A stretch of DNA of 64,000 nucleotides from Amoebidium appalachense (GCA_963693365.1 CAVNZM010000014.1:6944001-7008000); one strand, 5' to 3'. Shown: positions 1-27,100, counted from the first letter of the stretch. Notes: generated by a model not told the origin, from the sequence alone. Numbers and translations are program-made.

Positions 1-699
1 ATTGTACAAAAATTGGAGGGCAAAATCATCTCTGCCTGTACAAACCGCACAGCAATTGGCATACTACACCAAATTCTATTTACATACCGTTGCGTTGGCA
101 TGGGATTTTTTGCTTTGCTCTCGTTCGCCCACAAACGCCATCGAAACGCCAGACCCTCACGGCCCACCCCGGCTTCATAATCCCAGTTGTGTCTGTCTGT
201 TATTCGACGTTTACTTGTGCTGTGTGTACCCTCATGTTTTATCTTTGTGCAAGGGCACCAAAATATAAATAGAGTTTAGTGGTATGTGAGAAGAAACGAA
301 GGAGAAATTTGAGATAGTACTCTAGGTGCACTGCAGGAAAGTACACATGTACAGACAGCTTGGCCCAGCAAAATCCTCCCAAGGGGGTCAAGCAGGCTGT
401 GTGGATTTTCCACGTGAATACCTACACACTGTGCCACCAAGCGGTACGGGTGGCTGAGGGTTAGAAAGAAACACACAAACAGCTAAGTTTGGTCACCCAG
501 ACACCGTACTGACTGGCCTTTCGTTTCATTCGTAGGCTGCCCTGAGGTGGGATTTTCTTTCATTTAAAGCCAAGCTGACCTCGAGCTGAGTGGTATGGAG
601 AAACGTAGCTAATAATCACCACTCGTGCTACAAAGAACATCTTCTCAAATTTCTGCAAGAAAACGACGGATATAGGCTCAGTACTGCTCTACAAGCAAC

Positions 700-13268
<12,569 letters not shown>

Positions 13269-14805
13269 GTAGCACCGTTAGAAGAACCCTTCCAGATAAA
13301 ACGCATACACTACTCTTTATCCATTGTCGTTTTTTCCGGAGCAAGGTGGATCCGTTGTTACTATAGTGGATGGGGGGGGTGGAGGGGAGGGTGGAGGGGG
13401 GAGGGGGGGGGGGGGGGGGGAGAAGGGGGCAAAAAATATCCATTGCCCGACTCCTTTTGTTTTATCCCACCTGCCGAATACCACACACACACATTTTTTT
13501 ACGTGACCCACTTTCTACCCTGCAATGATTGGTTAGGCAGGCACATGGTAACATATCACCCTTCTAGTAAAGTATATTCTTGCCTGAAACCCCCCCCCCC
13601 CCCCCCCCCCCACCTAAATACACCCGCCACTCCCCCCACCCCCCCAGAAAAACAGCACCACACCCACCCACCTACACACACTCGGACACCCACACCCACC
13701 AACCCACCCACCCACCCACACAAACACACACACACACACGCACCTACACGCACATAAGTTTTCACGGACACACACGCGCACACACATACACACACACAGG
13801 GAGGCGGGTGTATGTGATGCTAGCGGGTACAGCAGCAGTGAGTGTCTACTGGGGGATTGCAACCTAGACGATGCACCCTCACAGACCACAAACACCTTTT
13901 GAACGGCTAGAAACATCGGATTCTGTTTCATGATAATACCCTTAGTCTCCAATAAACACACAGTAATTGCGCTAGCAATATGGTGAAATGGGTACGTAGG
14001 GGCGTGAATGTTGACATATAATTCATCGAATGAACAGTGATTGTTGTTAGTAGCCGATTTATATAACAAGAGTGCAAATGAAACGGTTTATATCCATGGG
14101 ACTTTGTTATTTGAATGGTTAGCCTACAGTGTATTAAATGATGGTATGAAGCCCAGTTAGATCAGCAAAACTGCAACCACAAATCACTCCCTCGAATATT
14201 CCGAGGTTTGTGCCCCACAGGGACACTGCTTATTACTCGTACTACTCTTTATATACGCAATGATATTTGAACGCTGAGTCAATGTAACTCGAATCTTATT
14301 GCTTATTACTACGGTCGTGTCTACATAGACTAGTTTTTAAAGTTGTCGGACTATTTATGTGCTTGAATATCCCAATGACGCTATAGTTCGGGCTTATGAT
14401 GTAGCCTGCAGAGCAGAGTTTGACCATGTATGTTCGTTCACTCTGGTTCTGGCGGTTGTAACCCTCGAAGCCCACTCTGTCTTATTGTTTCGTGTGGTTG
14501 CAGCTGTATATGACAGTATTGAACTTCGAACCCAACAGAAACAAGCCGGAAACTAACAGCAACAATGTGTGTGAGTAATATTTTGCCGTGCGTACGTGCA
14601 CAGTCAACAGGGTTCGTGGTTGGGAAGCTGGCTCCGGGAGTAGGCCTAGAGGGGGAGAGGGGGGGGAATGGGGTTGGACAGAGAGGAGGGAGAGACATGG
14701 GCTGTTGAGGAACTTCTGGTGTATACTACGTGGTACCGGGAATGCGGTTTTGTTGGAATATTTGGTTTGTGGCGGTGTGAGTGCGCGTTTAATACGGCGT
14801 GTGTA

Positions 14806-14881
<76 letters not shown>

Positions 14882-14909
14882 TCCCCAAAGCTTTTTTATT
14901 TTTTTTTTT

Positions 14910-14942
<33 letters not shown>

Positions 14943-15863
14943 GAATGTATATACACACAAAGCTAGTACGAAGAACACATTCACGACAGGCAACGTCTAT
15001 ACAGATATCGATGTTGCGAAAAGAGACCAAATTAGGAAGAAGTATCATAATTAGACCGCATCCTCAGGAGGGGCGCACGTGTGTGTCTGTGTTGCATTTG
15101 TGTGTGTGTGTTGGAGGGGGGGGGGAAGTTGAAGGTTGAAAGGCCCTGTAATCAGGGGGCCCGTGTGCACAAGCCAGGGGGGAGGGGGGGGGGGGGGGGG
15201 GTGGATTTAGAGGGCGCAAAACCACGATGATCATCGAATGTTCTTTATTGGGCACGCTGTCTGCCCCTCTGCACGTCTGCCAGAGACGTGTCCGTTTTCA
15301 ATCTCGTACATAACGTGCTACACCGCATATGCCCCCCCCCCCCCCCCCCCCCCCCCCCTCCCCCACCCCATCCACACGGGTGCCCATTGGTGGTCTAGCA
15401 CACACAGAATCTACCTACTTAACCCCCATCCCGAATTTATCTGTCATTTAAAAAACGAAACAAAAAAAAAAACACGAAATTGCTGTACATAGCTGACAGA
15501 AACACCGGGTACCTTATGTGGGTCGTTCAAGCATGGTATCCCCAGGAGGTAGAAGGGGGGTTGAAATCACGTTTCTGTGCAAGTGCACACACACCACACA
15601 CACACTCAAGCACAGGCCTATCAATGAAACGCAAAAGTGGAAAGAGTTAAGACTCGACTATTGCTCCGTGCTATGTAACCACCCCTTACCCGCCTCCCTA
15701 CACCTGAGCAAAAAACACATGAAAAACTGGGTAAGGTGGGGAGAGAAGCGTAAGTGTTCGAAACAAACCAAGTCGATACATACATGATTTTGGTGCAATC
15801 ATATATAATTATTTATACATCGGACGAATAGAAAGCAGCAAAGATAAAAATCATAAGTAACTT

Positions 15864-16002
15864 CTATTCAGCCATCGTTGTGTCTGTTGGTAGCGATGCA
15901 TAGACGGGCAGGGCTACGGATTCAGACGTCTTGATGTGGACGGACTGCACGGTGCGCCACTGTATTCACGTGTGTGTTAGAAATAGATCGTGTGTGCGCG
16001 CG

Positions 16003-16042
<40 letters not shown>

Positions 16043-16144
16043 GGCGTATTGGCGTGCGCGGGCGGATCTATGTGTGTTAGCAAAGCTCGGATGTCTGTGT
16101 GTTTGCGTGCACATGTGGACTGGGCATAGCCCGTGTGTGGGTGA

Positions 16145-16193
<49 letters not shown>

Positions 16194-16724
16194 AGTGTGT
16201 GGGCTTACGCCAGAATCCATTACGATATTCGGGGATGTGTGTGTTAGAATGATTCCTATGCGTGTGATGTATGTTTTGTAAGCACACGTCTCAATCCCTC
16301 CTTCTATCTCTCTCTCACACTCACTCACTCTCTCCCCTTTGGGGATGGGAAGGGTACATCTCCACTCCAGCCAATCACAGGCAATTCAATGCATGCATCC
16401 ATTGCCTGTTATTGGGCTAGAACGTGCTTCAACCCCTTGCTTCCGTCATACATATGGGCATGTGGGAAAGAAGGAAGTTTAAAACATGCAAGCAAATATG
16501 CACACAAGGCCGGGCGGGGGAGAGGGGGGGGAAGGTTTAAAAATGAGGCACACAGTATGAAGTACAAATTCCAAGGATGTGCAATCATGGGCCCATTCGA
16601 TATCCCAGAAAATGAACAACCATATGCAGATACACACATCTCAGACACGACGGGGTGGGGGTGAGGGTGGTGGTGGTGGTGGTTGGGCGGGTGGGTGGGT
16701 GGGTGGGTGGGTGGGTGGGTGGGT

Positions 16725-16761
<37 letters not shown>

Positions 16762-17340
16762 AAAATGTGTCACAGAGTATGCATACAGATAGACGGGGGG
16801 GGGGGGGGGGGGGGGGGGGTCAATGCCTTTTTCGGGATCTTTTCAGCAATGGCATCCATGCCCTGCACAATGTTTGCAACTATCTCGTCCTCCGTCTGTC
16901 CCGTATGCGCAATTCTCACAGCCACGCATGCACCGAGGCCCAGATAGAGATATGTGGCGTTGATTGCTTTGGATATCTCCTTGGATATGTCTTTTTTCGT
17001 CAGGTCTACCGGCACGGGTTGCCTGTGGGGGGAGGGGGGCAAGAAAGGTATCACGTCAGTATAGCTGCTTACCTCCTTCAACCCCCCCCCCCCCCCCCCT
17101 CCCAAACACACACACACACGCACACACACAAAAGAAAAAAGTGGAAGAAAACAAAAAAAACCACCCAAGATTCATTATCTCACTGCAACTAGCAACAAAC
17201 AAGATGCAAGCAAACACAGCATCCACTTCACTCCTTCATGCCCCTTTGATCTTTTAGCCTCTGCAGGACCCCCCCCCCCCCCCCCCCCCCCCCCCAGGAT
17301 CCTACCCCACCTTTCCTGCTTTAATAGTTGCAGCAGGATG

Positions 17341-17400
<60 letters not shown>

Positions 17401-17853
17401 AGCTCAAAAGTAGTTTGCACGTGGCTGGGATGTGTGGAAAACAGAGAAGCTGAACACAGTGAGCAGTGTTTGGCTGTGCCCGCGGCTGTGTGTGTGTGTG
17501 TGTGTGCGCGCACGCTCGTGTATTTGTGTGTGTGCACGGGTGAGTGCATGCAAGGAGACCATACCTCTTCCTCTCAATATACTTTTTGCCTGTCTGCATG
17601 TGTGGCTGCGTGTGTGTCTGCCTGCGTGTGCATGTGTCTGGGGACATGTATGCGTGTGCTTGTGTGACTGCATATGCACATGCAACAAGCACATACTTTT
17701 TCTTCTCGAAGAACTTTTTGCCTAGGAGTGGTGGTAGCAGGGGGAGGACTCGTGCGTCGGCCAAAAACACATCGTATTGTGAAAGGAGCTGCCGTTTCTG
17801 CTCGTGTGATTTGGAGTGCTTCTCACGCAGCTTGGAAATACCAAGAACCTGAT

Positions 17854-17908
<55 letters not shown>

Positions 17909-17930
17909 GGTGAGTGCATGTCTGTCTGTC

Positions 17931-17978
<48 letters not shown>

Positions 17979-17993
17979 GGTGAGTGCATGTCT

Positions 17994-18026
<33 letters not shown>

Positions 18027-18150
18027 GGCAAGGGGAGGGGGAGAGAAGGGGTCGTGTTGGGAAAATAGAGAAGGGGCGGTTCGGGGGTTCAAATAGGCAA
18101 CTGCAGAAATGCAGCTGAATAACCAGTAAATGGGATACAGGGGGAAAGGG

Positions 18151-18184
<34 letters not shown>

Positions 18185-18224
18185 CGTGTCGATATATGTG
18201 CATGTGCGCGTGCAAACGGGAGAA

Positions 18225-18266
<42 letters not shown>

Positions 18267-18789
18267 GGCAGGGGTCGCATGGAAAGGTGAGGGAGCGAAC
18301 GGGCAATAGCGGAAGGGCGGTGTAAGTGTGGGGTGAGGGGGATGCGTGTGATGTGAAGCCTAGGTTAAATCACTCAATCTCTCTCCGCCAACATTACTTC
18401 TCCAAGGGCAGTGTGTGTGTGTGTGTGTGTGCATGCTTGGGTACGTGGATGGGCATGTGCGTGCGCGCGTGTATCTGTGCGCATGCCTGTCTTGCGAGGT
18501 GATTAATACACATGCATATGCATGTGTGCGAGTGCGTGTGTGCATAGCATCTCACTGTGTGCACACATGCATACACGTGCTCACACGTGCACGGCCTTAC
18601 CTTTGAGACCACGGTGACGTTCTTCTCTTCCAGCAGTTTCTTATAGTCTGCCTGTGGGTCCTTTGTGATCAGGCACACCTCAGTCTCCCCCTCTTGGTGG
18701 AGGCTGTGTGGGATGGGGCTATAAAAGGAAAAGGGGGGGGAAAGGGGGAGGGGGGAGGGAGGGGTAAGGGGGTGACGAAAGGGGTGTGT

Positions 18790-18820
<31 letters not shown>

Positions 18821-19083
18821 GGATGGAGAAAGGGGAAAGGGACACGGGGGAGGGGACAGAAAGAGGGAGGGAAGACCGTTCGGGGGGAAGGAGGAAAGGG
18901 GCCGGGGGATGAGGGGTTGGCTGACTGGGTTCTGGGTGAGAGGGGCCGGGGGGAGGGAGGAAAAGAGAAGGTTAGGTAATGCACAACAATCAATCCTTGC
19001 CCCCCCCCCCCCCCCCCCTCCTCCCGCCGGAAAGTTTTAGACTGCTGTTTCACATATCCTTACTCAAATCAAACATCCCCCTC

Positions 19084-19114
<31 letters not shown>

Positions 19115-19270
19115 AAGCCCACAAGAACCCAGCCTTTCTCTCCTAAGAGCACAATGCAAATAACCCACTAATCTATTATTAACTTCTTCCCTCCCTCACA
19201 ACACCCACGACCGCCCCCCCCCCCCCCCCTTTTCTTCACCTCAAAACACACAGACACCATCCTTTCAGAG

Positions 19271-19306
<36 letters not shown>

Positions 19307-20010
19307 ACCCACACCCTTAAACTCAATAAGAAAAGCAAAGAGCAACATAGAAAATCCCATCCCCCACCCTCCTCATTCGGGCTTCTGTCACAACCACACG
19401 GAATACCCCACCACCCACTACAATCAGCCGTTGAGTTTCCCCCCCCCCCCCCCCCTCTCCCCCCGCCCACACACACCTCACACATCCATCACTGCCCGCC
19501 CATCACTCTTGTTCCAATGGCTAACCTCCCCTTCCCCCCCCCCTCTCCCCGCGCGAACCCTAAAAATAACAGCCAATAGCGTACATTCCGATGGCCTTCT
19601 TGCTGGTCTGTTCTGGCACATTCTTCAGCGCCACAACCAATAGAATCGTCTCAGCCCCTTCCAGAAGGTTGTTCCCTGCCTGCCCCCCTTGCACGTGCTT
19701 GACCAGCGCCCCCACCGCTTTTTTCACCTGCAAGCCCCCCCGTGACATGTGTAAGAAGAGAAAACCGTTTGCAAATCTAAATCGATAAGTACCCCATTTA
19801 ATGACGTCCAGAAGAAACAAAACCCTCCTCCTTCCCCCCCCTCTCCCCCCCCCCCAAAACCATCAAAAGGACACAGAGGCCCTGCAGGTAACCTTAATTT
19901 CACCGTGCATAGAAAAAAACGCTTGGGCAGAAGTTTATGATGACAAATTGCACCCACACGTACCCATAGGGGGGAATGACTGCCAAAAGCCCCCCTTCCC
20001 CTACCCATTC

Positions 20011-20069
<59 letters not shown>

Positions 20070-20074
20070 GCACG

Positions 20075-20110
<36 letters not shown>

Positions 20111-20911
20111 AACCCATGAAAGCTCTCGATGACTCACAGCTAAGCAAGCCCAACAGCCCATCCTCCTCGCATAACAGCCAGCAAGTAGCAAGTGTGGTCA
20201 ATGATCATACAGACACACTAACTAACCACCCACACAGCTACACTGTCACGTCCAGCCCACACCCCATGCCATCCTTGCTCTTTACTAAACAATAGAGCAA
20301 AAGTCTAACCCCCCCTCCCCCCACCTTCCCGGGCCCCCCCCCCCCGCCCCCGCATGACGATCCCCTTCCTATTCCCCTCAACAGATTCATGTTGACCAGC
20401 AGAACATCGACATGGTATCTTTACTTTACACACATAGGGTTGCATATGTCTGTGCTTATAGCTAGGGCCTTCTTACTTGATTGACTTGCCCAACATGACC
20501 ATTATGTGTGCGTAATCAGTGAAACTATAGGCGTCTTTTGAAGGAAGAAGCGGGAATTGAGGAAGCCAAACTTCCAGCCGGCCATTGTTTACATAGAATA
20601 AGATAACCCTGATGTATAATCATCTCCCAACATCCATGTGTTGATATGAAAACGCTGTGGGGAAGAACCCCCTGTACCTCAGGCTGGTCTCTCTTGTGCC
20701 TCGTGTAAACAGCGCAAACCCCCCTTTACTTTCACCCATCTACTTTAAACACTGCAACTTTCGTGCATAATCAGGTTTAACATGCGCACACACAAACACA
20801 CATGCACAGGCGCAGCCCAAGCATAAACAGATGTAAACACACACTCACGCACACAGACACACAGACACATACACGTGCGCGCGCACACACCTGCTCCTTT
20901 TCCAGCGTCAT
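15864..20911 (-). CDS. RSL1D1: Ribosomal L1 domain-containing protein (RSL1D1/UTP30/CIC1 family), 241 aa
   Basis: Exons 20911-20891, 19727-19585, 18718-18601, 17848-17697, 17022-16827 and 15959-15864 total 726 nt. Protein MTLEKEQVKKAVGAL...IPIPHSL...EVCLITKDPQ...YDVFLADARVLPLLPPLLGKKFFEKKKQPVPVDL...VAVRIAHTGQTEDEIVANI...IPKKWRTVQSVHIKTSESVALPVY shows the family motifs. The last intron needs a GC donor. Confidence 0.93.
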
Positions 20912-23900
20912 TTTCTCTCGGGGGCTATACGCTGCTCTAGCTACACCTATTAGAACAGTTGGCCAAACAGAAAATAATTGAAAACGAAGGTTATACTACA
21001 CTTGCGGATACTTATTGTACCTGTACACTTTCTATTTGTACACTTGCAATACCGAGTGAAAATATAATTAAAGTAATCGTAGTGATGTTTTACCACGTGT
21101 GCCTGTGTGCAAAGCTTGAGTTGTGTAATCGCGTACACGTGCACATTTGTGGAACTGGCTGCCCGGTCCTATTGGTCTTGCGCAAGTTTTGTACAAAAAT
21201 AAGTCGAGGGGGGGCAAATTCCTGCACATCCCCCCCGAATAGATCTACAGACAACGTATGTAGCCTCAGGTGGCGGAACATGTGCTGTACATAGGCAACA
21301 TAAGATGGTGATGCCAAATGCTTTGTCTCTCTGGCCTAAACGGGGGAGTTGTAGAGTGAACACTTGTCACGTCTACGCTTTCTGAAATGCCCCATGACTT
21401 CTTTACAATGCCAATTGTAAGCTGTGCATGGCAAGGCACATGGTATACAGCCGAGAATATATATTTAGCCGTGTACACACGTCCCTCGCCACTGCGCATG
21501 CCGGGGAGGCCGGTCTGCTCATGATACGTACCGGATGTATAGCCTTCACTTGTTCACGTCAGAGACAAAGTTTTAGAGTTTGCACATACATGCGCGCACA
21601 CATACGTTCATCACTTTCAGCTGCAGCGAGAAAACTCGGGAGGGCGCAAGGCGCGTGTTCTATGCCATCAGCTGGTGTGTCCACAGGTGTGCGATTCTCT
21701 CTACACGTGTGCACGATGAGTGCGTACGCACAAGGCCATTCGTGCAATGTGCTGCATACAAGTGTGTGTGTGTGTGCGTGCATGTGGTCTCCGACGCCTA
21801 TACTTCATGCAAGGCTTTGTGTGCGCGTGTGGTGTGCATGTGTGGGTCTGTGGGCAACACTTGTGCATATGCATTTTACTTGTGTGCGTGCGTGTGTGCG
21901 TGTTTGAGTATGTAGGCGTGCCAGAGTGCGTGCTGTTACCACGCCTGGTTGTAAGTATGCATGTGTGCCACATTGTATGTGGAGGTTGTGTCTCTTGTAG
22001 AGTATGGGTGTGACACGTGCATGTGTGTGAGCAGGCATGCCACAGTACAAGTGTGTGTGTGTGTGTGTGGGCCAGAGTGGCCAACACAAAGATATGCTCG
22101 TGTGTTCCCTTTCGGTAAAAGGGACGAGTGAGGTTGCAAAATCCTACCCAGAACCTTAGCCCCACACAGCCATCCATCCATCCGGGCGCCACCGGCAGAG
22201 GGAGGGGCCTAAGGTATTGGTTTAGAATTTTATAACAGGCTGCCAAATTTATTTTGCAAGGGAACCATCTTCCCGACACCCAAAGCCTTTAAAAACTTCC
22301 CTCTTTAACGAGCACACAGACTTTCGCTGGCTAGACCCTTGATCTTACCCCCTGGTTTAAAATTGCCCGTTGACAGGGAACATGGAGTGAATAGCACGCT
22401 CATGCACACGCAAACACGGGTTATTGTCGAAGCTGTTATGTTTAAAAACCGTAGTGCCTTCGGAACTGCGAAACACAGGCACACAAGTACCAACAAGGCC
22501 TTTATTCAGTGACACGTGCAAACATGCCACTCGAAGAAATTTCAGGGGGACGCAGGTCCTATACATAGATCCTATACACGTCGACCACTTTCCACTCCTA
22601 CTCCACACGAGTGCAAACGCTACTAACAAGAGGGTCACCCTGGAGGAAAACAGCGTTACCGAATCCCAACAACTCCAGGTGTCACTAAGATTCCACCTTC
22701 TGACACGGGATTGTTGGGTGTTCCAGTGGCGCGTTCATGAGCACCTTCCAAAAACATAGGGGCGAAAAATGATTGCATCTCCCTCTCAGAAGTTCCCTCC
22801 TCCTTTATTGGAGCTATTGTTATCATAGGGCAATGTAGACTGCAGCTGAGCACCACACGCACACACACACACACTCACCGTGGCACATACATGTGACACA
22901 CACATTGGTCAGACACACACACATGCGCACACACACATGCGCACATGTTTACTCTGTGCCGTACGCGTGACTGCCATCGCCAGCTGCCGTCGCCATCATG
23001 CCGCCTGATCATGCATAATCGTGCGTGCAGCCTCCTGTGTACAAATGTCTCCTGCGAGCAGCCCAGGGCTACTGCTGTAGGCTGTGAATAAGTGTTCACT
23101 CGAATGGTCTGATAATGGAAGCAGGAGATTAAGTTTTAGGTATTATTTTACTGAGCTCACGCTAGAGCCATGAATTAAATAGGGTCCAAGAAGTCTATTT
23201 CTGACTTGCTATTAGTACATACTAGGATAGGAATTCTGAAATATTTCCAATTAGTAGTTTCCTGACTTGAATCCTTATAGCCTGACTGAGAAGCCATCAA
23301 TGCTACATTATCCAAATGCTGGTATATCCACTCAGCACACGTGCAAGCCGGAGCAACCAGAGCACAGATATGTGCATGAGCCAGAGTCACGGTGATTGTG
23401 CCACGCAAACGTCGTGACGTCACCGTGCCGCATAATGGTGCAAGTGCATAAGAAAACACGAGTCAACCAAAGCACGATGTGACATGCTTGTGTGTGACAC
23501 ATGAAAATTTATGAGTTCATAAATCAATGTTGATAATCCAATTCTAAAAGTTTACAAAGTCACACATATTAGCCAGCGAAAGTTTGCTGTGGCTGGGTGC
23601 CACAGAAATATATGGCGCCTCCGAGTGTCCGGAGGACTCCGGACGCTCACGTCTCCGGCGATCTTACAAGACTTTCCTTTTTCTAACCCTTGATCGTTTC
23701 TCACGTGAATATACTCTCGAGGAATCTATATGTTGGTCTAATAGAAAAAAGCGAGGAATTTATGTCATCGAAAGTGCTTGTATGGGCCTTGGTTGCCCAG
23801 TGCCACGGGCAGGCTTTTGATTGGTTGGAACACCAACTTTTTAGCGATTGGTTCCCTGGACACCAAACAGCCCACCAATCAGGCGGAGCCACGCCTCATT

Positions 23901-24804
23901 TGGCATACTTATGCTGTGACAGCAGTCACAGCACCTGAGAAGAAAGCGTGAACTGGCAGTCGCAGACTTATAAACTGTTAATAGATACATGATTAAAAAG
24001 AAATAATATTCATGTTATCTACATATTTGCCTGGATTTTGATGTATCACCTGTTGGTAGTCAAAGATATCGACGACAACTTTGTAAGCATGTACATGATG
24101 ATGTGAGTGGTGCATGACTCCGGGACATGTCACGTTTCCCACATGTACATTCCTTGGAAGTGTTATCCAATGATCTTTGCACAATCATTGAGTCCAATAG
24201 AATGGCGAGAATTTGCTCGAACGGAACGCACATGACATGAGTCAGCCATGGCACTCGGGGAATGCATTGCGTAACCTTTTGCTCATACATTCAAAGCCAA
24301 ACCATAAATAAATGTAATATTTGTATTCGGGCAGCCACTTTGCTTTTGTATTGTATATCTTAGCTCCAGAAACTACTCTGGCCCGGCGGACGGGAATGCA
24401 CTGTAAGTGATTGCATTTTTTGGAGCAATTGTATGGATGCGGTTTTGGCCAATTAAATAGTGTCTAAGATATAATGCATGCATAGCCCTGGTCGCGATCG
24501 ATTGGTTGAATCGCAAGCACCCGGTTAGGACCGAACAACTGGCACATTTCTATTGGTTTTAAGTCACACCGTTGTTGGGGCATGTAGATGGCGCCAAGTG
24601 CTGGATCAACCTGCTCAGTGCTGACTGTAGTGGGGAGCGGGTGATGCATGTGCGCCCTACAAGTGGTCTCACACTGCGATGCCACCGTCATTTCGCCATC
24701 GCCCTCCTTCAGCAGTGAGTTGTGGTTTCCATGTGTGCAAGGATAGAGAACGCGAAAAGCTGGAGGGAGAGTGGTGGCTTAGTAAGGCTAAGTAATAAGT
24801 CAAG

Positions 24805-25668
24805 ATGTCTATTGCAAACTATCGTATTGACTCCGACTTAGGGGTCGGGTGCTTTTCCCGTGTGGTTTCTGCCACAGATATCGAGACGGGTCAGAAAGTT
24901 GCTGTGAAAATCATTTTCAAGGAAAAGTCCACACCAGCACTCGTCAAGGGCGAAATTGCTGCCCTGGAGCGCACACGCGGGCACCCCCACATAGTGCAGC
25001 TCTATGAGGTCCTCGAAGACAGAGACCATGTCTACCTTGTGATGGAATACTGCGCAGAGGGCAATCTGCACGACTTCCTCGTCCGTCACGGTGCCGTTCC
25101 TGAAGCGCTGTCACGCGTGTGGTTTCTACAACTACTCACGGCCCTACGTTTCTGCCACGACAAAGGTGTAGTACATCGGGATGTTAAGAACGCCAACGTG
25201 TTCCTCAGCACTGTTAACGGGCAGTTGGTGGTCAAGCTCGGTGACTTTGGTCTGGCCACGACCTTCACCACCAGCGCATACACCAGCGAGCTCAACACAG
25301 CAACAGGCTCGCCCGTATTTGCCGCCCCAGAAGTGTACAGCATCTACGACGGTAAGGGCTACTTTGGGCCGGCAGCAGATCTCTGGAGCTGCGGTGCCGT
25401 GCTGCACTCTCTCCTGTGCCGGTCACTTCCTTTCACCGTCGAAAACTACTGCCAAACGTGGCACGAGTACAAGCCCCCCTCACATGCGTCAGCGTCGTGC
25501 AAGTCTGTGCTTTCGGCGCTCATGCAAGTTAACCCCGAGAAGCGCCCGACGGCCCTGCAGCTACTGCGCTACATGTGGTGCCAAGACGGGATCTCCGGCA
25601 ACAGACTGCCGACAAGTGCACTACCAAGAACGGCACAGTATATGCAGGGTGCTGTTAGGGTTTCGTAA
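24805..25668 (+). CDS. Intronless Ser/Thr protein kinase, CAMK group (AMPK/SNF1/MARK-like catalytic domain only), 287 aa
   Basis: Single ORF with GVGCFSRV, VAVK, helix-C Glu, HPHIVQLYEV, HRDVKNAN, DFG, NTATGSPVFAAPE, DLWSCG and PEKRPTA; the catalytic residues are present. Confidence 0.95.
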   Translation: MSIANYRIDSDLGVGCFSRVVSATDIETGQKVAVKIIFKEKSTPALVKGEIAALERTRGHPHIVQLYEVLEDRDHVYLVMEYCAEGNLHDFLVRHGAVPEALSRVWFLQLLTALRFCHDKGVVHRDVKNANVFLSTVNGQLVVKLGDFGLATTFTTSAYTSELNTATGSPVFAAPEVYSIYDGKGYFGPAADLWSCGAVLHSLLCRSLPFTVENYCQTWHEYKPPSHASASCKSVLSALMQVNPEKRPTALQLLRYMWCQDGISGNRLPTSALPRTAQYMQGAVRVS

Positions 25669-26877
25669 GAATGAAGATAAGTTTAATAAGTTTTCTCGAA
25701 TGAACTCAATGATATGTTTGAAGGTGATGCTTTGCTATAAGCGGGTTAGTGCTGGACACATCCCGTGAGGCCGATAATAATGTATTCATGTATGAGAAGT
25801 GTTGATTTTCTCTTCACAAGTCTAGCAAGTAGCAAGATATAAGCATATTACATATATGTACACATATAATTATATGTTATATGTTTGATGAGACCGAGTT
25901 TACAGTCTGACCACTGAATTCGTAGGCACTGTGTGTCACGAGGTTGTGAGTACACCGGCAATTTAAATTTATTAAGCTGATAACCTGCTTTTGTCTGAGT
26001 TGCCGCACCCCCCCCCCCCCCTCCCCCCCCCCCCCCCCCCCACCAAAAAAACCCTCTTCCCTCGGTATCTGAGCTGCTGGATGATCTGCTACCACCTACT
26101 AAGGTGGTGCCTTATTTTCCTTCCTACCTCAGCGGAAATGTCTCGCTAGTAATGACAATGCTTATCTGTGTACGCAAAATGACTGCTGCGAATTCGAAGA
26201 AGGAAGGCTGCGAAGAAAAAAGACCGCACGGGCTGCGAAGAGCCGTCGACGAGCCAAGATGGCGCGTGACACCGTCAGTACGTGTCAGGATGATCTGGTG
26301 GTGGGCAGCTGATCACTTGCCTCTATATTTACCCTTGAAAAATAGACTCAGTCGGTGCCGATTTATCGTACACAGGCTAAAGGGCACAGACAGGACTGAG
26401 CCAGATTTGAAGAATGATATCGGCAAGCCTCAACAGTTTATCCTTTAACGTGTGTTTCGAAACGTCAAATACAGGCATCGACCTCCCCTCTCCCCTTGCC
26501 GAGCGCCGGACTTGACAAAAAACCATGACTCCCATTCCAATTAGATCTATGAATGTGCCCAAAAGTCTGTGACAATAAGCGGCAGTGATCACCGCGCCAC
26601 CATGTCCGGCCCTATGCCTTGACCTCAAAACATACATGAGTTTCTATTTCTGCTATGGAAGAAAGGAAGCAGCCAGCACATTGCATAAAAATAACTTTAC
26701 AACAGGTAACAGCGCTGATGAAGATTCTGCCAGTAGGTGTTTACGTAGTGTTCCTTTTTGTTTTGAAATAAAAATTCGCAAACATCAGGATCAAACATCA
26801 GGAATGATTGAGAGAGTTACTTGTGTTTGCTTGAATGTGCTTTTAAAATATGAAGGCATCTCGCAGCCCGATCTTGA

Positions 26878-26926
<49 letters not shown>

Positions 26927-27100
26927 CCCCCTCCCCCCGGGCCTCCCAAAACATGCATGCACACACACACACACACTTGCACACACATGCAAACACACGC
27001 CATGGGCACGTACGCACGTACAACTTTCACACCGTATGATACACATCCACACCCAAACTCCCACACAAGCACACACACAGAGACACAAAGGCGCACACAC

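Noticed and set aside
14359-14698. Short ORFs and a possible minus-strand acceptor near 14553
   Set aside because: All frames close quickly, no motif is recognisable, and no upstream exon could be linked.
19728-20890. Possible intronic snoRNA in RSL1D1 intron 1
   Set aside because: No convincing C/D or H/ACA box arrangement was seen on the sense strand.
26104-26637. ORFs of 114 aa (+) and 86 aa (-) downstream of the kinase
   Set aside because: No recognisable domain or splice structure; lengths are compatible with chance.
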